64,000 nt of DNA from Magallana gigas (GCF_963853765.1 NC_088855.1:9300001-9364000), one strand, 5' to 3'; shown: positions 25,720 to 39,599, numbered from the stretch's first letter. The notes: a model not told the origin generated them from the sequence alone. A program made the numbers and translations.

Positions 25720-28680
25720 AAGTTACAGAAAACACGTGTGCTTAAGCTTGTTTTAAATTAAGTGGGTGTGTCGATATTACATATCAATTGGCTGTGTACG
25801 GGAGTTTACGTGTGAATTGGGTGATTTAATCCGTGCTACGCATGACTTGGACATGTATAAAGAAGAATTTGGTTTTTTTAAGTTATTCGAAGTTCGATGC
25901 CACTTTGCAACAGACTACGAAAATCTAATTCTATGTCGTCGATGCAGACTACAGAATTCCTGGCTGAAATTAGACACCAGCCTATTGGCGACTCTATTCT
26001 TGTCGAGCCTTCCAATCTTACGGCACCAGGAATTTCAAACACAGCGCCCAACAGACCAGAAGCCACGTCGGTTAATACGTTATTGCTGATACGTGTAACC
26101 TGTTCGAATTCCAAACTTGAGAACCTGAAGGACCAGCTTTCAGCTGGCAATGACTTTGACACTCTTTAGCTTAGCAAATAAAGAAAGAAGTATCCGTTAA
26201 CATTAATCACGAAGGGAACAAAATTAAGTTCCATTTCAATTCAGAAATATTGAGTGACTTACCGAAATTACAGAAACGTTTGTCTGTTAAAAATTCATTA
26301 TCTGCCAGTAATGTTTCTTCTTACATAACCAAGTTATCTAGGAGAAACAAACTCATTCGCATTGCGGACAAGTCTCCGGCCGGTTTGACAACAGTGCAGG
26401 AATATGAAAGTGACGACCTCGCCTCTGACTCGGACGATGAGATGCGCATGCCCCAAGCTGATAACCGTGCACTCCGCACGCTTAGAGAGAGACGGCGCTA
26501 CAAGAAACCCTCTGCAACTGTTTCTACTCCTTCTGACGATCGTAGTCCTGCTCGTACGTCTTTTCAGCGTTCCATTCGTCTTTACACAAAGCAACGAAGA
26601 CAATTCTCGCCATACGATATCTGCTACAATTGCCAAAAATACGGACACTGGAAATCCCAGTGCACAGCGCCTTCAGTCCAGTGTTGACTTTAACAAATAG
26701 ATCTGTAGAGAAATATGTTGATAAAAAAAATCGCTTTTGGATGATAAAATAAAGTTGGTTTTTTAAGCATATTGCTTATTTTGAAAATAGTTCTGTTTGC
26801 AGCAAAGGCGTCAAAGGCAGTCTGGCAAAAAAAAGTATTGGCAGGTATTGGAGCTAGCGAGTTCGTTACTGACATTATAAAAAATGGCTACGTTGTTCCT
26901 TTTCAGAGACCTCCTCCTCTAATGAATTTCAAGAACAACAAATCTGCTCTTGACAATGTTGAATTTCTAGAACAATCTATTAAAGATCGTTTGGAAAACG
27001 GTTGTATAGAAAAAGTTTCTTTTCAGCCTTTTGTTGTCAGTCCACTAACTGTTGCACATAACAAAGGTTCAGGTAAAAAGAGACATATATAAGATTTGAG
27101 CGAATTAAACAATTTTGTAGATAAGAACAAAGTTAAGTTTGAGGACTGGAATGTTGCTTTAATTTTTTTCTTTGTAAACAGCTTACTTATTTTGCTTTTT
27201 ATTGGAAGGGTCAGTATTTATTTATTGTTTCAACGTTTTAGTAAATGGTTTCACTTCCGCTCCATATATTTTTTACAAAATGCTTGAGCCCATTGGTTAA
27301 ACACTGGAGAACCCATGGCTTAGATATTGTTTCATAACTAGACGATGGGCTGGGGTTCGGTAAAAATTATGAAATCACACGGAAAGCTTCAAACAATTCT
27401 CTAATGCAAGCTGGGTTATTGATAAATAAAGAAAAGTCAAATTTTCAGCCCATGCAGTCCATAGAGTGGCTTGGTTTGCTGTGGGACTCGAAGAGTTATT
27501 CTTTATTCATTCCGAACAGAAGAATAGAAGAAGTTCAGTCGACTTTGAATTTTCTGATTAATTCTTTTCCTCATTTTACAGCTCGAGGACTAGCAAAGTT
27601 TGCCAGACAGATATTTAATTATCTCATGCTTATGGTTGTGTTTTCAGCTTAATGACGAGAAATATTTATTTAGCTGTAGAGAGCCGTGGTCATTGGGATC
27701 ATCTAATGAATCTTGCATTTCCAGATTTGGTTAAAACAGAGTATACGAGTGAGAATTCTGGACAAATAACTTGGTAAAAATGAATTATAAACATTTGCTT
27801 GCAGAATCTTTGTCTTCTGAGTTAGTGTTTTCAGATGCTAGCAACGTTGCAGCAGGAGCATATACGGTTGTAGTTGAGGAAAATATCGTACATCATACGT
27901 GGTCAAAATCCGAGTCATTGATGAGCTCTACGTGGAGAGAGTTAAAAGCAAATGATTAAGCATTGAATTACTTTGCAGTTTCTTTATCTGGAAAAGCAGA
28001 AAATGGCACATAGATAACCAACACTGTGTCACAATTGTTCAAAAAAGTAGCACAAAGCCTCATTTACAGAATTTAGCTTTTTACATATTCTCCAAGTGTG
28101 TCGAGTTGGCTACTTCATTTAGCATAGTTTTGATTCCAAAATAGGACAGTCCAAAAGCTGATTATTTATCAAATGTTATTGATTTTGATGATTGGCAAAC
28201 TACTGATGAGTTTTTTTTAATTTATAGACGGCATGTGGGGTCCAAACACAGTGGATCGATTCGCTAGCGCTCAAAATGCTAAATTACAGACTCGGCGATT
28301 TATTTCATTGTTTTAATATTCAAATTCTGAAGCTGTCGATTTGTTTTTACAGTCTTAGCATTTTAAAAATAATTGATTATTCCTCCAATTAACTTAGTTA
28401 GCAGAGTGATCAAGCATACTGCAGAGCTATTGGAAGTCTTTTTGTGCCAAAGTGGCCCTCCGCTCCTTTTTGGACACTGCTGTTCGATGTAAAATTGAAA
28501 TGAAGAGAGAATGTTACTGACGTATTAGAATTTGCGCCATATTTTTATGGCTGAACTGGTGAATAAGAACATAAATATATTTATAAAAGTTACATAAAAC
28601 ACGTGTGTTTGTTTGGAATTAAGTGGGCGTGTGGATATTACATATCGATCGGCTGTTTACGGGTGAATAGGGTGATTTAA
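25720..28680 (+). mobile_element. Degenerate DIRS-order (Ngaro/PAT-like) retrotransposon: gag, RT/RNase H and methyltransferase-like remnants between direct repeats
   Basis: Gag pieces 25897-26687 with RNKLIRIADKSPAG..VQEYESDDLASDSDDE and the CCHC knuckle CYNCQKYGHWKSQC (26622-26663). RT pieces from 26772; the catalytic YLDD reads TAA-CTA-GAC-GAT (27335-27346). RNase H FSDAS...SSTWRELKA at 27771-27959. WGP.TVDRFA and VPKWPSAPFW-like remnants at about 28230-28480. Roughly 100-bp direct repeats at 25720-25829 and 28587-28680. Many stops and frameshifts. Confidence 0.85.
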
Positions 28681-28716
28681 GTGAAAATTAACCTGAATTT
28701 TACTTTACTTTAAATA

Positions 28717-28987
28717 CTAGACTTTGACCCGTGCGACACACCGTCTTGTTGACTTTTACATAACCAAGCTTTAAGCCTACAATAATACTATTAAGGTATT
28801 CAATGTATAATGAGGGAAATAATTAGCGAAGCTTGATTGAGAAAAAATAAAAACAAATTGGTAATATCAAGTACCAATGATGTTTTAAATATATATACAA
28901 AACACAGTACACTTCCGATTAAAGCCGGTTAAGTAAAGTATTAAAAACCCAAAATTCAAGTCTATTATTTTAATATAGTAGTATAGA
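28717..28987 (-). mobile_element. Complete short non-autonomous Helitron (271 bp)
   Basis: The minus strand starts TCTATACTACTATATTAAAATAATAGAC and ends with a degenerate hairpin plus CTAG. It is inserted between A (28716) and T (28988) with no target-site duplication. Confidence 0.75.
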
Positions 28988-29152
28988 TATAAGAACTATT
29001 AGTTCATTTATAAAAACTGTATGATCGCATTGACCACTTACCCACAAACAGCCGTAACAGCTGTTGCATTATTATTAAAATATTCAGTAAAATGATAAAA
29101 AAAAAAGCCAAGGATCATCCCTAGAATAACAAATCGCCCGCTTATACCACAT

Positions 29153-32060
29153 GTGAGTAAATGCCGGTGGTTTCGGACTGTTGTGTTCTATGCGCAAGTG
29201 AAAGCTCGAACTAGATTCAACCTACAAGCATATCTCATGTTAGCGATATGAACCTAAACTAGTTACACTTCAGGTCCCGGAAAATCCAGAGAATTCCGAT
29301 AATAAAATGAAAATTTTAAAAAAGGAAAAACAAAACGGGTTTAATTCCGGTAAAGTAGGACAAATGGTAAATTCGGACAGTATATAATATACTTGAAATT
29401 TAATTCGGACAGAGTCGTAGAAACGTTATTGTTAAAAAGCAGTCAAATTTCACTTTTATTTGGTATGAAGCCTCGATTAAACATAAAGCTTCTGTTTACA
29501 TGCATCTATTTTTCAGTCTTAATTATCTTCCTTTAAGATTTTTAAAATAATATATCTTTTGTTTTTTTATTGCAGGTGTAGGGTCGATGTCCTTAAAGAC
29601 GGGATCAGTAGGGTTAACACGAAACAAAAGAAGAATTTAATATGAATCATCAACAAATTTAATTGATATAAATAGAAATAAAAACAAGTTTTAATTAACA
29701 AAACAAGTTTCAAGCGATGGATCAGTTACAATTTTATGTTATGATACATTTTAATGAATATCATATCATGTTTTCTTGAGTTTTCCCTGCATTTCTTTTA
29801 TCCTCTGTTTCTCTTCTCTTTTTCTCTTTATCTCTTTCTTACGTTCTTCTAGTTTTTGTTTTTTCTCTAATTTCTCCCTCTTTTTTTCCGAAAGAATTTG
29901 TTAAAAGCCGGTGTAATGTAATAGCTTGGCTTTTAGGTTTTTTCTCTGATGTTTGAACGGCGGCGACTGGAGTGAGAATCTGGTCGATTTCGGAATTCCA
30001 AAATAAGGAACTCACTTCTTCGATTTCAGACTCATTTTTATTTGGTCCTTGTATGATATCAATCAGCCCCACGTTAATTAACGTCAACAAATTTTCTGGG
30101 GTTGCAAATTCCTAATAGGTGCTTGCATCTTCTGTCAGTAAAACAGCTGCTGTATTTCAGCAGAGACAGAAATGTGTTTGTGATTGTTGACTTAGAAATA
30201 TTAGGGGTAGTGACAGTATTTTGTGAGACGTCAGATGCTAAACTTGGCAAATAAGCACTAATAGGAATTGCATGTGGGTTAAACGGATAAATTCCGCAAG
30301 CGCGGAAACCACTTACAATATTTTCGCTGGTAACACCATTTTCCCATGCCGATTTAAATAATGAGGGGAAGGTCCACTTGTTGATAATATTTAGGGCACT
30401 TTTTGAGAGGAAATCGGAACAGAATTTGTTGAATGCCTTGTTGAAAGGTCCAAATAGAGACCTGTCCAACGGCTGGAGAAAATGTGTCGTATGTGGAGGC
30501 AGTGCCAGAACATGAATACCTTCCTGTGCCCTAAAAGACCAAGCGTCTCATGAGACCCATGCCGTCAAGGATGGGGAGTTAAGACGTTCGTTCCCGCAGT
30601 TGGGGAGAAATACGTTTTTAAACCATTGCTCTCCCAACTCCTCATCAATACAAGCACGATCATTGAAAGTCCACATCGTATTTCGGGGGCATCTGTTGTG
30701 ATGTAGCCATACAGGGACTTTTTAGTTTTGCCTTTTACAACCAGCATAGGTGGCAGTTTTCGCCACAAGCATTCACACATGCCATCATTGTAATGTTACT
30801 TCGGTCGACCAACAACATTTTTCGCCCCTTTTCGTGCTACTACATTTACAGGAAAGTGTTCTAATTGCTTCCCTGTTTCGTCGGCGTTCCAAATCTTTTG
30901 GGGTGCATTTTTCAGATTCATTTTTTCAATTATTTCCCCAAATCCTCAAAGTACCGCTGTACGACTACCCCATTCAGCATTCTGGCTCTGACAGTGCCTA
31001 ATTTTTCTGGTTTTCTCAAACTGATTTCTGTGTGTCTATGTTTCAAACCATACCACCAGTGTTTAGTGGGTTAGTTGTATCTAAAACAATCCATCTTCAG
31101 TCTTTTGCAAAGAATGCTAGTTCTTGATAGCAACTGTTGACAGGAAACCCATTACAGCAGTCTGATGACATTATTCACTATTCTTTTTTCAATTTCTAGG
31201 GTCAGGGCAGGTTTTCTACCACTGGACGCATAAATATCTGCCTTGCCAGATACACGGTCATGCAGCTTAGATTTTTTAACTTCGAATTTTTCCGCTGCCT
31301 TTTTAACCAAAGGTTTCCAGATTTTACGGCATCGACATCCATTTTCATTTTTTCATAATCGTGCTTTGCATACTTCTGCTGCTGTGATGCAGACTCCTTC
31401 TTTCGGGCCTTATTTCATGCACTGAGGAAAAAAATAATTTAAAAAATATTTTAATCTTTTTAACTATAAAAAGAAGAAAAGCATGTTGATTATTTTTTAA
31501 TTTACTAAATCTGTTTTTTTTTTCTCACTAATCAATTTAATACATAAAATCTCGTAGGAAAGTAACCCTACATAATGTACAAATTTGCCTCTAAAAATTG
31601 TTTTGATGCCCTAATGGCTGTCCGTATTTATATTCCCATGGGAAAAAATTGTCCGTTAAATTCGGACACTAATCAAAGTGCAATTTCTTTATCATATTGT
31701 TTGAAATTATTGTTGGTTGTATAAAAACTCATTTCGATACCTACTAATTTCAATATAAAATACTGTTTTACTGTTTGATAGATTCTACTTACCGAAATTA
31801 CAATTTTTCTTTCGCGGTACGGAGAAGTAAAAATTTTCCAGGGAAGGAAGAAATTTACTAAAAAGACCGATACGGTGATCCTTGCCGAACTTAATTAATT
31901 CAATAATCGGTAAATAAATGTTTGTCTTTCGGAACTTCTTTGTATTTTTCGTAAACAAAGGTACAGAATAAATAGAACAATACATACGATTATAGGATTT
32001 ATTTATGTATTTAAGGCCTAGAGAAATTCTGTCCGAATTTACCGGCATTTACCTACAGTG
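29153..32060 (-). mobile_element. Degenerate pogo-like (Tc1/mariner superfamily, DDE_1) DNA transposon
   Basis: Minus-strand remnants at about 31420-29840: psq/CENP-B-type HTH segments, IWNADETG (about 30885), LDG(H)GSHE with a frameshift (about 30560), LPPHTTHFLQPLDRSLFGPF and SGFRACGIYPFNP. Imperfect TIRs at 29153-29178 and 32031-32060 share GTAAATGCCGGT..TTCGGAC. Confidence 0.85.
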
Positions 32061-34399
32061 AGCTTATTTGGTGTAGTGTAATACAAATATGGTGGACATT
32101 AGATATTATATATTCAGTGAAATGATAAAAAAGCTAAGGATCATCGCTAGAAAAAAAATTCGCCCGCTAATACCGCATCTCTAATTTATTACACTACGCC
32201 AAATAAGCTTACTTGATTTACACAATACACCTTTTTACACCGGTGTACACCCAGTTAAGCTAAACTAAGCGCGCCCTGTATGTTGCATCAAAACAGCACA
32301 TAACACAGGATTCTGACAGTATTTTTCAATTGAAGCATATCGATGCATGTAAAATTTGAAGTTCAATATATACTTGGTAGTGTTGTTCTAGTAGGGTTTT
32401 TATATCATAAACATCGACAGAGGAAAGCCTGGTCGAGAAATAAAATCAAATTAACATACCTTTTAGCGAATAATTGATAAGACTTACATTTCTCCCAGTA
32501 TTTTTTGTTCAACTCTCAATAAATCACACCAAAATACTTTATAAAAGTTCTTAGTTTACTTATATTTTGAATTTGTTTACAATGCTTTCCGATCAAATTG
32601 ACACGGTATTCAACTTTCAGTCATGACGTCATAATTGTGTAAATGTACGTAATACGTATTCGTAAAAAAGAAATTGTCTCCAGTATTTTCTATTTGTTTT
32701 TAGTCTACGTTTAATATTTGAAGATGTGCATCATAACCAAGATTTGTGATTTTATGAAATTACATGCAACTCAAATTCCATATGCTTCCTTAATATTCCG
32801 CGAAAATATACAATCATACATGGGTATAATCATAAAGATTTCATTGAACCCGTAGGTTTGCATCCCTTGTTTTGATTTAACAGTTAATATAATACAGATA
32901 TGTTTATTTTCTTAATAATAGCAATTGCTATTACTATTGTTAAACCATACTTTACCATTATGATTACCTTATAGGGAAACAACTCTGATCTTATATACAG
33001 TACTATTAGCTCGCCAGACATGAAGAATACTTAGATTTATTTGCTTTAAAAGCAAATATATTTAAGAGGTTTACATGACATGAATATGCGTGTAACAATA
33101 TATGTAACATTTTTTAAAATCAAATAGGGCCTAGAGCATTTACATTAAATTTATACCGAAAATTGCCTTTCCCATTTCTACAGTAACCATACCTACAGCC
33201 ATAAATTAATGTTCCCTCGGGAGGGATGTGTGGACTATATTGAATAATCAATTAGGGAATGCAAGTTTATTTATCGTAGTGCTTTACTTGTTTTAAAAGT
33301 TACAGCTTAATAACTTGAGACCGGACAGCTATACAGAAGAGATTAAAAATAACAAAATTTTCTGGTTTTACAGCGAAAATACAGAGGTTTACAAAAAAAT
33401 AAGATTATTTATGATATTCAGATTTATTTCAATGTAAGTCTTCGAATCTACAGTCAGAAACTTAGATTAAATAAATGCTTCTGTCTGAAGGACTATTTAT
33501 GAGGGCTTCTTTATCGTGCTAGCACCTACAGGAACTTTGGATTTAAAAAGAAATATCCATAACATTCGAATTTTAAGTGGTCTGAGGAAATTGTTTGTAT
33601 AAATATTTTTTATATGTTAATTATTAGAAAAAAAATGCATTCAGAACTGTCCCATGCATGGTTAATTTGTGTCCAATCCATAGTGAAATAAATATATTGA
33701 GCAAAAATGACCTTGACATGAAGTTTTTAAATTTCTAAGGCTTATTTTAATTAAATTTTGTATCAAAGCTTACTTCTTTCTCATTATTTTAGGTAGAGGA
33801 TGTATTTTCACTAATTTACAATCAAATGCACAACGTTCAAATAGTGCTTTTGTGTAAAATTTTCGTAACTAAATTTTCAACGATGGCGTATTTAAGGTCA
33901 TTTTACGCAAGCACGTAGCATCGGGAGGGAGGGGGGGGGGCTGCAAACTCTTATAAAATTCGTTTTTGTCAAGGATGTAAATTCGTAGTACTCCTTAAAT
34001 GTTAAATGTACACAAGTGTAAAATTTTTATATTCCAATATTTGACACTGTGTTTTGTTTTTCGCGAGCTATTTTTCTCACCTCGATAGCTAAAATTGAAA
34101 TAAGCAGCCAACAATGTGTATTCATACTGACGTCTAGAAGTTATAGAATTATATTGCATTAGATGTCGCCCTGATTTATATTTTAAAAATGTATATTCTC
34201 GCCAGGTTTACTCTCAATTTCATTACAAATTTAATGTACGTGTAGATACATACAGTCAGATAGAAACAAAGGAAACCCAACGTTAAAGATAGTACATGTA
34301 TCAAACATTGCTTCATCTTTTAGGTTGTAGTCGATTTCTGTATATATTAAATTGGATTAAAGAATATTACAATTGAAATACTTTTATCGGTTTAAAATT

Positions 34400-36086
34400 T
34401 TGAAATTTTTACAATAATTAACACTATGTCGAGGTTAGCGATTGGGTTAGCCTGAAAAAAGTGAATACACTAAAATGACTTTATACAAATGAAAATAATC
34501 ATTTTTTTTTCTTTTTTGTATACTCAGTATTGGTGGCATTAAAAAAGGTTATCACTATGTCGCGGTGAGCGATGGGGTCAGCATGAAAAAAGTGAATTCC
34601 CCAAAAATGACTTTATACGAATGAAAATAATCAACTCTTTTTTCTTCTTCTTTTTTTTGTACTCAATATTGGTGGCATTAAAAAACGGTGTCACTATGTC
34701 GCGATGAGTAATTGGGTCAGCATGAAAAAAGTGAATACCTTAAAATAACTTTCATGATTATTACAAATCAGACCTCTGAATACTCGTATGAAAAAATAGC
34801 CACATGGCACATACAAAGTAACCGGTATTTAAAACGAAAATATTATTTAATCTAATTTAAGGTTAAGGAGGCACTATTTTAATGCGTTTAAAAAGTATAA
34901 TAATGTTATATCAATAAATTCAAATCGATATTTTTAGTATCTGGAAATTAAATCAGAAGTTACAGAATACTTCATGCACGCATTGATTAAAATCAATGAA
35001 TTACACTTTATATTCATAATAAAATAAAACAGATTAATCTTATTACGATTGCCTTAGTGAATACCCTAAAATAACTTTATGCGACTGAAAATAATCAACT
35101 TTTTTTCTTTTTTGGGTACTCTATATTTGTGGTATTGAAAAAAAGCTGTCACTTAGTCGCGGTGAGCGATGAGGTCAGACTGAAAAAAAAAAGTGAATAC
35201 CCTAAAATAACTTTATGCGACTGAAAATAATCAATTTTTTTTCTTTTTTGGGTACTCTATATTTGTGGTATTGAAAAAAAGCTGTCATTTAGTCGCGGTG
35301 AGCGATGGGGTCAGACTGAAAAAAAGTTAATACCCTAAAATAACTTTATGCGAATGAAAATAATCAATTTTTTTTCTTTCTTGGGTACTCTATATTTGTG
35401 GCATTGAAAAAAAGCTGTCACTTAGTCGCGGTGAGCGATGGGGTCAGACTGAAAAAAAAAAGTGAATACCCTAAAATAACTTTATACGAATGAAAATAAT
35501 CAACTTTTTGTTTCTTTTTTGGGTACTCTATATTTGTGGCATTGAAAAAAGCTGTCATTTAGTCGCGGTGAGCGATGGGGTCAGACTGAAAAAAAAGTGA
35601 ATACCCTAAAATTACTATACGAATGAAAATAATCATTTTTTTTTCTCTTTTGGGTACTCAATATTGGTGGCATTAAAAAACTCTATCACTTTGTCGCAGT
35701 GAGTAATTGGGTCAGCCTGAAAAAAGTGATTACCTTAAAATGACTTTCATGATTATAACAAATCAGACCGCTGAATACTCGTATGAAAAAAAAATAGCCA
35801 TATGGCACATACAAAGATTAAAGTCACCGGTATTTAAAACGAAAATATTATTTAATCTAATTTAAGGTAAAGGAGGCACTATTTTAATACGTTTTAAAAG
35901 TATAATAATGTTATATCAATAAATTCAATTCGATATTTTTAGTATCTGGAAATTAATTCAGAAGTTACAGAATACATTTACACAAGAAGACAAGTTACAG
36001 AATACATGCACGCATTCATTAAAATCAATGACTTACACTTTATATTCAAAGTAGAATAAAAAAGATTAATCTTATTACGATTGCCT
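34400..36086 (+). repeat. ~135-bp tandem repeat (8 units) in two blocks, each followed by the same ~310-350-bp spacer
   Basis: GTCGCGGTGAGCGAT-like core at about 34428, 34559, 34697, 35157, 35293, 35426, 35563 and 35693. Spacer 34746-35054 recurs at 35736-36086. Confidence 0.9.
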
Positions 36087-38131
36087 CTACTGCAATCTCT
36101 TCTTCAGTCTAGTCTATTGTGTCCTCAAACCAATCATTCTGAAAAAGGGTAATAACTTTGCATATACAACCAAGTAATTTAAATCAATAATTACTTCAGT
36201 GCCATAGGAACAAAAGGTTGATTAAAAATATAATAGCATACCAAATCCGACACAATTAGGAAATTCTATAACTTGTTCTGGCTTTAAAAGAAGCCCATGC
36301 AATGTACATCATACTATCAATCAATGTAAAATATAGATAAAATTCATCAATATATCTACATGTATATAAGGATTTTTTTTAGATAACTTGAAGTTTACTT
36401 ACTGTCTTGTGTGGAGGAAACTGGGGCATTGGACTGATCAAGTACTAAAGAAAAGTACAAAAATTGACACATACATGTTATTCAAAATCACCAAATAGAT
36501 TTAGAGTTAATCTAAAGATAAATTAAAGTCACTGTCATTACCATCTGAATCTCCACAGGCGTGTACTGATGCAGGGGTACATGATAGCTTATGTCATAGC
36601 AGGCCTACATTTTTTTTTCTTTGCTTGCACATCAAGCTACGATTGATATTGTAAGATATTAAGTTCTATACGCGATAGAAATACATTAAATGCTTTTGTA
36701 CTTACATCGGAATATCGAGTAGTGTGCCTGAATATAGCCATCGTGAATGGTATTCGTGCCTTCTTTTAAATTAGGAGTTTTACATGTGTATACAATTAAC
36801 CGTAGCTGAAAAAATGAGCGCATACATTTTACGCAAATATGTTTGTTTTTTGTTTGTTCAATTTTCTTTGTTATTAATAAATTTTAAAAAAAGAATAGAA
36901 ATATTATGGCTTTATCATTACCAACGGTAGTGGCGTGATCATATCTATAACTGGTGTATCATATTATAGGAAGTAAACTGAAAATAAAATGTAAAGATAA
37001 TAAAGTAAAAAAAAGAAGCGTCCATACATTGTAGCTCATACACCTCGGACAACGGCTGTGAAACTTTTTTCCGTCCCTACACATTATGAGAACTAGAACC
37101 GGAGCGGAGCGTTCACTGTGTATGTCCTTAAATCAAGAAGTGGAACGGAAATCAATACGCTTTTTGTAAGGAAAGAAACCAATACTGACCTTCTAGGTCA
37201 TCGCTCTTGTTATTCGCAATCGATCCTTAATCTTTGTAAAACTCATTCATACATCATTACTACATGTATGTAAATCTTATCTTGTTTTGAAAACATTTAA
37301 GCGTTTATAGTTCATCTTTGGAATTAAATTTGCATCAAATTTGATTTAAGTATATGATTTCTGTGTTAGACCAGTCAATTTAGCTCAAAACTTCGCCCAA
37401 TTAGCCTCAAACTAATTGCAACAAAAGTTTTCTCTGTATGATATCCTACTGATCATATCGAAAATCGACAAAAATCAATCGGCTAGTTTTTGTACAAAAA
37501 TCGTGTAAAACTGGAAAGTTTGTAAAGAACAAGTGCACTTAAGCTATAGAGAATGGGCCCTTTTTCAGTGCCGTTTATATGTAGAAAATATCAACAAATT
37601 GCTTTTTTCTCGTAATAGTTAAGCACTCATGGATATTTCTGATTTATATGCATGCTTAATTTTACCAAAATTAGCATACAATTTAAAAAATTGAGGATTT
37701 TTAAATGCCTATAAATAATCTAAATCCGGAAAAATCGAACCGAACCTACTTGAATTGTGTCTATTTAAATCAGAGGGAGGAGACATTTAAATCAACATTG
37801 CTCTGTTGGTGGATCGATTGGCGCGTTTGCTGAATTATACTTTATGTATTATTTTACGTTTTAAAAAAATCGAATGAAGCTTTGAAATTGCATATTTCCA
37901 TTGTGACAAACAAACATTCCTGACCATACAAAGATGATGGAAAGTGATCTAAAACGTGTCAATGTTTTACAGTGAGCACATTTGACAAACGTTTACCTGG
38001 ATAGAAACCACGTGATTGTTTGACATAATTTATTCCATGCGTGAGTTCAAACATGGGTCACGCATTTAATAGCTTTCGCTTGCTATAGGAAAAATCTTGA
38101 AATTTTCATACGTTTTTCATTTTTTAGGTAC

Positions 38132-38228
38132 CAGCCTAACCGAGTACAAACTTCTTACTTTCACAGGAGTTTTCTAAATGTATAATGCGTATTTTGTCTT
38201 TTCCACAAGTTTGTACTCGGTTAGGCTG
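38132..38228. repeat. Perfect 22-bp inverted repeat with a 53-bp spacer (mini-MITE-like)
   Basis: CAGCCTAACCGAGTACAAACTT (38132-38153) and AAGTTTGTACTCGGTTAGGCTG (38207-38228); AC lies on both outer flanks. Confidence 0.8.
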
Positions 38229-39599
38229 ACAGTAAACAAAGGCTTTAAAATGAATGCCTGTCCTCGATTTACTATACAAAATCACGAATGTCTGCTGACC
38301 CCTACTATGTTTTAAAGCTTCGTGCTTTTTATAAACAATAATTTCAGCGCTAAAACTTGTTAATTCTTATGGAATAGATATCAATAGATAATGTTAAGGA
38401 AAAAAATATGCTTAATTTGATTCTTAATTTTTTCACTTTTTATCGGGGCCCATAAGTGCACTCGTCCTTTTCATGATAAAAAAAACCAAAAGAAGTTCAT
38501 ATGTATGATATAGCTATGTTTAGTTCTTATAAAAAGAAGAAAATTATGGAGAAAAAAACCTTAAAACATGGAAATGTTGGGTTAAAAGTTCTATTTTGTA
38601 AGATAATCAATAAAATCTGGAGAAGAATCATATTTGATTGTAAAAGTCGCATTTTTGTATAATTTTTGGCATCACAATGCAATGATAATCTTTACTTTTG
38701 AGTAAGCATACGAACTTGTGTTAAATAGTTACAATTTTTAGTTAATTTATCAATTAGTTATAGTTGCCAGCTAAAAGTAAAAACAATAAATGTGTAAATA
38801 TTAGTCAGGAAATTTTGTTTCATCAAATTGCCTTCAAATTCATACATCACTGCCCATGACACTTGCCATATGATATATTACAGTTTAAGCCGCGTTTTCG
38901 GCATGAATACCGACGTGTGTTACAGTTGGATTTGCACTTGCAACGTATAATTGCAATAAGTGCAGTTCGAGCAGATTGCTTTGCTGTCTTAATAGGCATA
39001 AGTTTTTCATTGACTATTGACCACCCACAATCACAAGGATCTATCTCGTCTACTCCTATCCATGTTTGGATTTGAAAAAAAAGCTCTTAAGCTTTGATGT
39101 GCAGCAGTTTTAGCTGTTGGAGGTAAAGTGTGTATTTGAATGACTTTTTTGCAAGTTAGAACTATGTTTGCAAACTTTTCATATCCAAGAACGTCAATTT
39201 AAACGACGGGATCACCTCCATACAACAACGTAATTATTTTCTCCTCAGCATTTATGATGTCTTTAATATAAGATATTTAAAAATATATCTTAACTTAGTA
39301 GTATTGTTGGATATAAAACGGAGGATTCCACTGCAGTTTTATTAATCAGGACATCTGCATCTGCTAAGGCATGTTTTGTTTCAATAACATTTGAATACAT
39401 CGTTTTACTCAACATTTCGTTAAGTTCTGTTTATTTTCATTGTTAGCCAAAAATGTTTCCTCCTATGACATAAATGGCGTTCTCTCTGCAAATGTCACTT
39501 TTGTACCTACACTTCTTTTGGTTTGCTTGAGATGCACTGCAATGGTTTGGGGATAAAAATGAATATCTAAAATAAATATTCCAGTAAGTAATAACAAAA

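Noticed and set aside
34400-35735. CRISPR-like appearance of the tandem arrays (also 62508-63258)
   Set aside because: There are no unique spacers and no cas genes, and the context is eukaryotic.
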